From the NCBI GenBank assembly GCA_013416795.1, contig RQSC01000029.1:450250-514249 (forward strand): a DNA stretch of 64,000 bases, read 5' to 3'. Shown here piece by piece: positions 32,998 through 42,383 of the stretch; positions within the stretch are counted from its first letter, which is position 1; every line of letters begins with the position of its first letter. A program made the position numbers and the translations under genes. This DNA comes from Prasinococcaceae sp. CCMP 1430 (lineage: Eukaryota > Plantae > Prasinodermophyta). The notes under the pieces were generated by a model that made no database searches, was not told where the DNA came from, and saw only the letters and a program-made list of their open reading frames with translations.

Positions 32998-34029
32998 ATG
33001 GTGGTCCGATTGAGGGCCTCGTGCGCTGCTGCTGCTGTTTTGACATTGGTGGTTGCGGCGGGCACCACGCGCGTGGGCGCGGGTGCTGCGCGCATCAGAG
33101 AGCGCGGCGATGCCTTCGTGGGCTACACAGAGCGGCAAGGTGAGTGGATGCGCCTAATGCTCCGATAGCCCGTGACCCGCTCCGCTTGGCTGACGTGCTC
33201 TGTGTTGCCCGCGCACGCGCATGCTCGAGGAGCCTCCGCAGGTGCAGGTGCGGACATTTCCGCTGCGCTGCGTGCAGAGCGCGCATATGGCTGCGTCAGC
33301 GGTGATGGCGCGGGCGAGAAGAAGGAGTGTCAGCATTGGGCGGCCACGGGCGAGTGCGTCACGAACGCCGCGTTCATGTGCGGCACGTGCGCATCGGCGT
33401 GCGCAGAAGTGGGGGAAGGGGAATGCTGTGTGCCTCCTGGCCGTCGCATGGCGAGTGTCCGATGCCTCGCCGGTGGCGTCGGCAATGCTGAGTCGGCGTG
33501 CCGCTATGCATTCATGGAGTTCTCGGTTGGCGGCTCACCTGTTGGGCGGGTAACCTTCGCGCTGTTCAGCGACGTGGTGCCCCTCACGGTGGACAACTTC
33601 GCAGCACTTCTGCCGCGGTACGAGAGCTCGTCCCTGCATCGCGTGATCCCAGGTTTTATGTCGCAGGGCGGTGCGAGCGCTGGACCCTCCATCTACGGCG
33701 CACACTTTGACGACGAGAACTTCGTCGTGAGCTACGACGAGCCCTTCCTGCTCGGGATGGCCAACAGCGGCAAGAACACGAACGGCGCGCAGTGGTTTCT
33801 CACCGTGACACCCACGCACCATTTGGACGGCAAGCACGTCGTCTTCGGAGGCGTGCTTGCAGGCTTTGGTACGGCGATGTCGATCAACGAGGCTGGTTCG
33901 CCGTCTGGGAAACCACAGAAGGAGATCATCGTGACCGCGGCGAAGGAGATCACGCTGGAGCAGGCACAGGCAGCCGTGGACGCGGAGATGCGCCGCGCGC
34001 AAGATGCGACGATGGCGTCTGAGCTGTGA
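32998..34029 (+). CDS. Signal peptide + ShKT domain + cyclophilin PPIase; intron 33140-33241
   Basis: Exon 1 MVVRLRASCAAAAVLTLVVAAG; ShKT CQHWAATGECVTNAAFMCGTCASAC; cyclophilin HRVIPGFMSQGG, MANSGKNTNG and LDGKHVVFG. Confidence 0.85.
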
Positions 34030-34164
34030 TGCGCGGTCACAGCTGAAGCGGGCGGGGCGCGCCTGCCTGTCTGTGCGCCCCGCTCGTACCGATGGTGAAG
34101 AGAAAGACATACTGTACATACATACATGAGCGTCGCCTATGCGCGCTTCGCAAGAGCGCACACA

Positions 34165-35220
34165 TTAGACAACGAGGACCCCCGCCTCCGCATTGGACTT
34201 GTCGGCTGCCTCGACCGTGCCCGGGAGGCCCACGCTCCGCGTGGCGTTTCTCACAAGTGCCACGCTTTCAAGCCCGGCTACCTCGATCGCATCGACGGCT
34301 GTGTACGTGACGCAGAAGTCGTAGGCCAGGCCCACGCAAACCGCGCGCCGCACACCGAGCTCGCGTAGAGCGTCGGCGAGCCCCGTCCCGCTGCGGTGAT
34401 CGTTGTCGCGGAAGGCACTGTAGGAGTCAATCGATTGACGGAACCCCTTTCGCACCACCGTCGCTTCTGCGGGGACCTTGAGGTCGGGGTGGAAGCGAGC
34501 GCCCTCGCTGCCCTGGGTGTGCGTGCGGCGCCAAAACGAGAGCGTAAGAAGTGACAGGCGGGCGTCCAGGGCAGTGAGCGCACGGGCGTCAGCGCTGGCG
34601 AGCTTCTCGCGAGACAGCGCATGCCCAGGCCCCAGCTGCGGTATTTGCGCTACGCACGGCGCTGCGCTCACCTGCACGCAGTGGTCCGGCCAAAGCGTCT
34701 GCTCGCCGTAATGTGCCTCGTAGGAGCCGTAGGGCTCCTTGCCTTCGTGCGAGCTCGCGAACGAGTCGTGCCCCTGCGTGTGCCAGTCCTGCGCGTACAC
34801 GACGTGCTCGAAGCGAGCGGCAAGTGCGTTGCACAGCGGCACGATGTCGTCGCCGCCCGCGACGTGCAAAGCGCCGCCCTCGCAGAAGTCGTTGAGCACA
34901 TCGACGATGATGAGCGCGTCGGAGGGGCCGCCTACCTCTTCGAAGCCCAGTGCCGCCATGGAGGCGAGCGCTGCGTCCGCGGCCGCCTCGGCGGCCGCAG
35001 TGGCTGGCGCCCCCGGCTGTGCCACGCCCAGCTCGCCTGCGGCGCCGAGCGTCGCGGGCGCGCCCATCGCGGCCGGCCGCGCCACGCCCGACGAGAGCAC
35101 CGCGCGCTCCTCACGCGGTAGCCTGTGTGGCCCGTCGGCGAAGCCGTTGGGCGGCGTCGCGAGGTAGAGCGCCGCCGCGAGGGCGGCGAGGGCGGCGAGC
35201 TTTGCGGCGATTCCCGCCAT
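34165..35220 (-). CDS. pncA: Nicotinamidase/pyrazinamidase with hydrophobic N-terminal signal; intron 34513-34671
   Basis: Motifs LIIVDVLNDF, QDWH, WPDHCVQ|GSEGA, RKG...DSYSAF and GLAYDFCV. Confidence 0.9.
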   Translation of the reverse strand: MAGIAAKLAALAALAAALYLATPPNGFADGPHRLPREERAVLSSGVARPAAMGAPATLGAAGELGVAQPGAPATAAAEAAADAALASMAALGFEEVGGPSDALIIVDVLNDFCEGGALHVAGGDDIVPLCNALAARFEHVVYAQDWHTQGHDSFASSHEGKEPYGSYEAHYGEQTLWPDHCVQVSAAPCVAQIPQLGPGHALSREKLASADARALTALDARLSLLTLSFWRRTHTQGSEGARFHPDLKVPAEATVVRKGFRQSIDSYSAFRDNDHRSGTGLADALRELGVRRAVCVGLAYDFCVTYTAVDAIEVAGLESVALVRNATRSVGLPGTVEAADKSNAEAGVLVV

Positions 35221-35900
35221 CTTTGAGCCCCGCGTCGCCCGCTACCCCGTCCCCCTCACACTTCACACCCCACCCCACACTCCGCCCGCGCCGAAGCCGA
35301 AGCCGCGCAGGTGCCACGCTCTGTGGCCCCTCACCCCGCCGTGCACGGTGTTGCGTCGAGACTCCTCCCCCGTCCCGTCCTCTCCCTCTCCTCGCCCGCC
35401 CGCCCGCTCGCGGTGTGGCCCCCCTCCGCCCGCCCGGCGGCCGCCCCGCTGCAGCCGCCGGAGCGCGCGCAATTCGAGGCGAGCTGCACAGTGTACAGTC
35501 CAGCGCAGTAGCGATGGTATCGCGATGGCGCTCGTCGCGCGCACGCGCGCACGGAGAGACGCCTCGCAACCGACCAATCGTTTGTTTGTTCTCCGCCGCG
35601 AGTCCCGAAGGAAGTCGCGAAAGTCGCAACACGCGCGAAAGCCGCGAACGCCGCGAAGGTCCCGCGAGTCAAGCGCGAGTGCGGGGGAGGAAACGGGAGG
35701 CGCGAGAGGGAGACGTCGCCGCTCGCGCGACGCGACGAGCGCGATTCCGGGCCGGAGGGGGGAACGGATCGCGGACCGGACGGGATGGCGGGGCGGGCCG
35801 CGCTGGGCTCGCGCCCCTCCGATTGATTGAAAGAAAAAAACAATGCGGTGTACTCTCTCCCGTGGTGAAATTTGATGGTATAATGTGGGAAGAAACGGAA

Positions 35901-35939
35901 ACGGGAGCGGGAAAACGGGAGCGGGAGAACGGGTGCGGG
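35901..35939 (+). repeat. Three copies of ACGGG(A/T)GCGGG, giving six G3 tracts
   Basis: Copies start at 35901, 35915 and 35929. Confidence 0.7.
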
Positions 35940-36371
35940 AGCGGATCGACGCAGATTCCGACGATTCCGATTCCGCCCCGGCGCCGCGCATGGCGGATCC
36001 CACCGGCCGAACCGAGGACCGAACCATCCGTTCGATGGGGGGCCCGGCGGCTCAGCGCGCAGAGCAGGCAGGCACACACAGAGGCAGACGGACACATCGG
36101 ACGGGCATTCGTTCGACAGGCAGAGCAGACGCCATCGTTCAGTCAGAACAGGTTCAGATCAGGTCTGGACGTTGCGGGCGGAGGGTGAGCATCAATTCGG
36201 TCGGCATCTGCGTGTGTGTGTCTGTGTGCGCTGCGAAACGGAGCACCTTTTTCGCGCGCGCGCGCAGAGGCGCAGACGCGGGAGGGCGGTGGGCGCGGGC
36301 GGTGGGCGCGGCGCGCGAGCTGGTGGGAGGGGGGAGGGGGGAGGGGGAGGGGGGAGGCGTGCGCGCGCGCA

Positions 36372-37321
36372 ATGCCGCGTGCGCGTGCAGTGGGGGGCGT
36401 GCACCGGTGGGCGGCCGCCTCCGTGCTCGCTGCGCTCACTGCGCTCACCGTGCGCACCTCCGCGCAGGCGCAGCTGGACCAAGTTCTGCTCGGAGGCACG
36501 GATGACACTGGCAGCACTTTCGGTGTCGTCACCGCAGAAGCTGAGGCGCAAGTACAGGCGGCCGGGGAAGGCAACGAGAGCGCGGACGAGAGGGGTAGGG
36601 AGTACATATGCCCATACGAGTGCGTGCAGCCAGACAAGGTGAGGGGTCATTGCACCGCGCTGCTGGTGAGCGAGCGCTCTATGTCTCTCCCCAGGTTCCT
36701 CCTTAGACACACGCGCACTCCTCTCAGGCTCAGTGGCGGCGCTGACGCCGCGCCATGCCGTGACGCCAGCTCGTTTGGTGTAGCGACGCCGTGACGTATC
36801 CATACTGCAATCGCGTGGTCGACACCGACGGCCAGGGCGACCAGTTCCGCAGCAATCTGTACATGGAGGACGCGGCCATGAGGGCGTACCGCGCGGTGCT
36901 CAAGGAGATACCTGGTGGCGAGATGAAGGACGCCTGCAAGAGCGCCCTGCGAGCATGGATGTGCTACTCTTTTTTCAACAAGTGCGCAAACGACCTCGTC
37001 AGGTACTACCCGGTGAGTCACAGGCACGGCTGGGCATGCGTGCGTGCGAGCGAGCGCATGCGAGCGGTGCGCGAAGAGGCGGTGCGCGCGCTGACCTTTC
37101 CACTGCATTGGTAGGTGTGCATGTCTGCCTGCGAAAACGCCAAGGCCGCATGTGGCGGTGTGGTGTGGATGAACTGCCAGGAGGGGGTAGAAGAGGGCGA
37201 TCCCGTCTTCGAGGCGGATGAATTGGTGTGCACGGGCGCGGCGCCCACGTCAGGCAGCTCGCATGCGGCATGGCTCGCAGCGACAGCCGCTGCAGTCGGA
37301 GCCGTGCGTAGAATCTATTAA
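36372..37321 (+). CDS. Secreted, probably GPI-anchored Frizzled-like cysteine-rich protein resembling Mid1/FAM155; introns 36639-36769 and 37013-37114
   Basis: Signal peptide; CKSALRAWMCYSFFNKC...YYP|VCMSACENAKAAC...VCTG; hydrophobic C-terminal tail. Confidence 0.6.
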
Positions 37322-37330
37322 TATTGCTAC

Positions 37331-37377
37331 AGTAGTACTAGTACTAGTACTACTAATAGCTACATGTAGCTAGCTAG
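37331..37377. terminator. Palindromic CTAG/GTAC tract between convergent 3' ends (candidate 3'-end signal)
   Basis: Perfect 24-bp palindrome at 37331-37354 and 16-bp palindrome at 37357-37372. Confidence 0.45.
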
Positions 37378-38185
37378 AGTTCTTGCAGTATTGGACTTCC
37401 TGTTCGGCGTCAGCAGCCTCTGCATCCGCGATGAGGTCGAGCAATGTGCCATCCAAACCTACGGCAGCACCACCTGCGGAGCCCACCCCACTGTGCGCTT
37501 GCGCGTGCACTCGGACCTTCTCCACGTGCTGTCCCTGTGTTGCGATCGCGCGTCGCGTGCCTTCGAGCGAGCGCTGCTGCAATGTGAGGCGTTCCTCCCA
37601 GGCTCTGAGCCGCGATTCCCACGCAGCCAGCTGCGCCTCTTTCTCCTCGAACGCCCGAGCGCGCGCGCGTGTGGCCTCTGCAAGTTGATGCAACCTCTCG
37701 TCGAGGACCTCTTCTGAGGCATCGCGTTCGGCGAGCTCGGCGGACAGCGCGCTAATGCGACGTTCATATTCGGCCGCGGAGGAGGGGCGCACCGGTGATG
37801 TGGCAGTCGTGGCAAGGGCGAACGTGCGCAAGGGACTGACCTCCTCCGGCGCGTATGGTGTGAGTCCGCTCAGAGAGCGTGCAGCGGCGTGCGCGCTCCA
37901 GATTGAGCCGAGGGTGCTGCTGCTGGCGGCGCCTGCGCCTCCGGGTGCCCCTTGCCCGACGCCTTCACCGCTTTGCTTCCCCTTGGTGGACACTTCGAGG
38001 ACATTGCTAGTGGAACGCGTAGGGGAGGGGGGGTTTGATGAGGCCACGAGGGCTGCGGCAGAGCGTGCTGCGGCTGCGCCCGCTGCTGCAGCGGCTCGGC
38101 GCTCCGCAATGAGCCCTCCCTCCTCTGCCGTCGCAGAGCGCGGGGTGAGCGCCCCATCAACAGCGCGCGCCTGAAGCGGCGACAT
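37370..38185 (-). CDS. Hypothetical coiled-coil protein; 5' part uncertain near the gap
   Basis: Open frame with an E/R/A-rich heptad region (YERRISALSAEL...EEKEAQLAAWE). Confidence 0.4.
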   Translation of the reverse strand: MSPLQARAVDGALTPRSATAEEGGLIAERRAAAAAGAAAARSAAALVASSNPPSPTRSTSNVLEVSTKGKQSGEGVGQGAPGGAGAASSSTLGSIWSAHAAARSLSGLTPYAPEEVSPLRTFALATTATSPVRPSSAAEYERRISALSAELAERDASEEVLDERLHQLAEATRARARAFEEKEAQLAAWESRLRAWEERLTLQQRSLEGTRRAIATQGQHVEKVRVHAQAHSGVGSAGGAAVGLDGTLLDLIADAEAADAEQEVQYCKNSS

Positions 38186-38886
38186 CTATGCGCAGCCGGG
38201 CGCGTGGCCGGGCGCGCCAGGCCAGGCGCCCGGCTTCGGGTTGGCGCCGCTGCGACGTGCGCGGCGCGTGTGGGCGCACGCGCGCAGCGGGCGGGGGGGG
38301 GGGGGGGGGGGGGGGGNNNNNNNNNNNNNNNNNNNNNNNNNNNNNGGGGGGCGCTTCACCGCGGCGGAGCTCGTCGGCCGGCGGTGGACCTCCTCTCTTC
38401 CGCCTGTGGCGTTCGCATTCGCTCTCCCGCTCTCTGGCTGCCTGGCCTCGCTCGATCCGTTGGGGCGCAGGCGGGCGCGCGCGGGCGCCGGCCGCGGGCG
38501 CGCGCACACGCCAGGAAATGGATGGAGATTTTCGCGCCGGGCTGCGCCGCACGCCGCCCGTCCGTCCCACCGCACATCGGGGATCAGATCGAGCGCTACA
38601 CCCTCGCCTGCTTCCATTTTCTGCTTTCAATTCAAAGGGTCGTTTTCTTTCTGTCCTTCAAAAACAGGGCAAAGAGGCGGCGGCGCAGCGCCGCGCGGCC
38701 GGCGGCCGGCGGCGTGCGGCGGCGGCGGCGGCGGCGGTGCGGTGTGCGCGGTGTGACGACGCCACAGTCGCGCCAGCTCGCGCTGCTGCCGACCCCCCCC
38801 CGACGTTCAAGGTGCGAGATGGGAGAGGAGGAGCTGGGGGTGTCGTGCGGGGGGCGCGGGCGTGGACATCTGCGCGGCCGCCCACG

Positions 38887-39438
38887 ATGATCATCCCCGT
38901 GCGCTGCTTCACGTGCGGAAAGGTGAGGGGGAAGGGGTGGGGGAGAGGGGACGCGGCGCGGGGCGCGGGCGCTTGGACGAACAGCTGCAACCCTAGGGAA
39001 GCCGCCAGCGCAGGGCAGGGGCGCAGGGGGCGAGGGGGCGGGGGTGAGGAAGGGGATGACAAGGGGGTGCCGAGCCGCGAGCTTGTGTGGAGGAGCGAAT
39101 CTTATTGCGCCGTGCGTGCGGCGAGCTAGCCCTGCCCCCGGGCGCTGCTGCTGCATGCGCACTGCCCTGAGCGCGCCTCCGCGCCAACGTGCGAGCATCG
39201 CAACGGCAAGTGGTGCTGACACGCAGACGTGCGATACGCCCTGTCTGCCGCGCAGGTGATCGGCGACAAGTGGGAGCAGTATTTGGAACTCCTCCAGGCA
39301 GACTATCCCGAGGGCGACGCGCTTGATAAGCTCAACCTCAACCGCTACTGCTGCCGCCGCATGCTCATGACGCACGTCGACCTCATCGAGAAGCTGCTCA
39401 ACTACAACACGCTTGCGCGCGCCGACGGCGCCAACTGA
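38887..39438 (+). CDS. RPB10: RNA polymerases I/II/III subunit RPB10; intron 38923-39255
   Basis: [12 protein letters not shown]|[10 protein letters not shown]...[21 protein letters not shown]. Confidence 0.97.
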
Positions 39439-39993
39439 GGCAGCCGCACGCTCGCGAAGGACCGCTGGCCATGACGCGTTGCGTGTGCCGCATGGTGCAT
39501 GGCCTAGACAGCGCCCCGGCCGAGGTGGTGTCGTCGCCCCAGCTGCGCCATTGCTTCCGTGCCTTGTCGTATACCTGTACACTAGAGACTAGAGAGACTA
39601 TGACTAGCTACGTAGCATTATGATTCAGTTCAACCGCGCAGCGCGCTCATGTGCGCGGCGACCGCACTGCTGCCCAGCTGCGCGGCGAGCAGTAGGCCGA
39701 GGCTTCCCGAGGCGTCACCATCCGCGCGCGCAAAGCCCCCTTCCACCTTCCCCCCCAACCGCCAACCCAACCCTCTCCCTCCTGCCAACCATGCATCCGC
39801 CACCCCCACCATCGGCGCATTTCGCAAGTCTCAGCGCCAGGTCAAACGATGGAACACAACGCGCACTCGCCGCAGTGCCCCCCGCCCAGCGCGGAGCAGC
39901 GCAGCGGGTTCACGCGCACGCGCTCTGGGGCGTGCATGCGCCTTCACGGGGGCGCGCGGGCACAGGCGCGACAGGAATACGCGCCCGGCGTAG

Positions 39994-41361
39994 ATGGTCA
40001 AGTACGCTAAGAGCCTGCTGTCGGCGCAGGCCGCCATCGGCGCGGCGGCGCCCGCCGGCGCTGCCGATTCGCCACCGCTGCCATGGGTCCCGTACAAGCA
40101 GCTGAAGAAGGCGCTCAAGCGTGGCGCGCCCAGCACCGAGCTTTTAGACACGCTGCGAATCGCGGTTGCGCGCGTAGAGGAGGCGTTTCAGCGCGAGGCG
40201 CGCAAAACGCTCGAGCGTTACCATTTGTGGGCGCCGGGGGGCGACCACGGCCACGGCTGCGGATTGCAGCTGCGGAAGCTCTGCTGCGGGGGTGGTCTTG
40301 CAGAGGTCGGTGACGACGATTGGAGCACGCAGGCAGCAGAGGTGGCCACCGCCGCGCGTTGCGTGCGGTTGTATGCGGCTGCCAACGCCACCGCGGTGCG
40401 CAAGTTTCTCAAGAAGACGGTCAAGCAGCGGCCGGCGATGCGGCGCGCTCTGATTTTCGAGAGCGAGGTCATGCACGGTACCGAGCACAGCGGCACGGGG
40501 CCAGGTTGTTTATATGATAGCGACGGCCATGAGGAGGGCCTAGCACCGCAATCGGCAATGGAAGAGGCTGAGGCCGAAGCGGATGCGGGCGACAGGCTTG
40601 CACCGCCGGGGGGTGAGGCCTTGCTGAGGGGGGGGGAGGGTGCGTCCGCACGTACATCCAGTGAGGCTGCGGGCGCTAGTTGGGAGGAGAGTGCTTCGGC
40701 CGCAGGGGGCACTTCTCCGCCTGTGGAGCGCCCCACGGTGCGTCGCTGTAGCTTTCTTCACTCGCCGCTGCTGGTGGACCTCTGGGCGCTCGAAGAGCGC
40801 GCCATGCGGGGCCCGGCCGGGCAGTCTGTGGCCCCTGCCGAAACTGAGCGGCAGTCGCTGAGCGAGCGCGACCTGGGCGTCCTGTCGGTACCGGCGCTGG
40901 CGGCGCTCGAGCGCAGCTTCGGCAGCACACCTGGCAGCATATCGCGGCTTTTGCCCATCAGTACGGCCAGTCGCGTCGACGAGGCGGAGGAGGACTTGGC
41001 GGACACGCTCGGATGCGCCGTCTGTCTAGACGTGGTGCACAACGCGTTCGGGCTGGCGTGCGGGCACTACTGCTGCGCACGCTGCCTGCAGCAGATCGCG
41101 CGGCTCCCACCGGGCGGTGACTTGCAGCAAGCGCCGGCGAGTCGGCGATGCCCACAGTGCCGCCAGCCGGGCGTCTTCAAGGAGGCCATGCCGCTGCCTC
41201 AGCTCAACACGCTGGTGCGCCGCCGCTTGGGGGAGAAGGCGTACAGACAGCGCAAGCAGCGTGAGAAGCGCGAGCTGCAGGAGGCGCGTGACGAGCACGA
41301 CCTGCAGACCAACCCGATGAACGCACTGCTGGCGTTGTACGCCGGCGGCCGCTCCCAGTAG
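39994..41361 (+). CDS. SPX-RING E3 ubiquitin ligase (NLA/BAH1-like)
   Basis: SPX motifs MVKYAK, YKQLKK and NATAVRKFLKK; RING CAVC..LACGHYCCARC...CPQCR. Confidence 0.85.
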   Translation: MVKYAKSLLSAQAAIGAAAPAGAADSPPLPWVPYKQLKKALKRGAPSTELLDTLRIAVARVEEAFQREARKTLERYHLWAPGGDHGHGCGLQLRKLCCGGGLAEVGDDDWSTQAAEVATAARCVRLYAAANATAVRKFLKKTVKQRPAMRRALIFESEVMHGTEHSGTGPGCLYDSDGHEEGLAPQSAMEEAEAEADAGDRLAPPGGEALLRGGEGASARTSSEAAGASWEESASAAGGTSPPVERPTVRRCSFLHSPLLVDLWALEERAMRGPAGQSVAPAETERQSLSERDLGVLSVPALAALERSFGSTPGSISRLLPISTASRVDEAEEDLADTLGCAVCLDVVHNAFGLACGHYCCARCLQQIARLPPGGDLQQAPASRRCPQCRQPGVFKEAMPLPQLNTLVRRRLGEKAYRQRKQREKRELQEARDEHDLQTNPMNALLALYAGGRSQ

Positions 41362-42383
41362 CTAGTCTAGCTAGAGCTCATCGCAGAAGACGCCTGCTCC
41401 GACGGGGCCGCGCGCTGCACCCCGCGCACGCGCACTTCAAAATCCGAGCAGCGGCAATTCGGAGGCTCCCGCAGAGGATGATATGAATGCACGCCGCAGT
41501 ACGCCGCAATCCCTCGATACGAGTTGGCGTCTGTGTGCTCTGATCTCCCGTGTGTAATCAATATATCTTTTTCTGTTACAAACCTGCTGAAAAAGAAACC
41601 GATGGCCGCCAGCGCCTGCCTGCGCCGCGGCACGAGCGCCAAAAGTCGCCGGCACTCACTGCGCGCTCCTGTGTGCGGGCCCGGGGCGGCTGCCGCGCCG
41701 CAGCAAGCGTGCGGAGGGCGCCGGCACGCTGCGCGGCGCGGCAGAGAGCGCGCGGAGGGCAGCGCAGCCGCGGCCACAGCAGGCGTGGGCGGGGTGGGAA
41801 GGAGGTGTGCGGAAGCGGGGAGTGAGTGGGGGCCGGAAGCGGGAGGGGAAGACGTTGCGACGAGGCAGTGGTGCCGCGCAAACGGCGGCGGCCGCGTGAG
41901 GCCGCGGGTGAGGCGGGTGGCGCACGTCGCTCACCACGGCTGCGGCGCCCGCCGCTCTGCGCGGCGCCCCCTTCCCGCCGCGCAACTCCCTGCGTGCGGC
42001 CGTGTGTGGAGGCGCCTGCCGCCTGCGCTGCACGCGTCGCCTGACCTGCGCCTTGGAGCGGGGGCAGGAGCGGGTGTGGGCCGTGTGGGCTACGGCGGTG
42101 CGGTTGCGCAGTGGGGCTGCGCGCGGGCCACGCAGGCTCTGGCTGGTTGGCGTGCGCAATCGCGAGCCGGGCCCGGAAAGCACACACACACACACTGTGC
42201 TTCTCCCCGCGATTCTCGTCCCAGCATCCGTGCCGCGCGCACTGTGCAGAGCGTCCCCCCTCCCCCACCCCCACCGTTGCAACAACACACACCGCACTCA
42301 TCCTAAGGTGTCAGGGTACGCGCGGACGCGATTCACACAGGGCATCGCCAGGCGTGCCAGACACAGCCCCAGCTGGGCAGGCG

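Noticed and set aside
38923-39255. Possible snoRNA in the long RPB10 intron
   Set aside because: No convincing C/D or H/ACA box pair with terminal stem was found.
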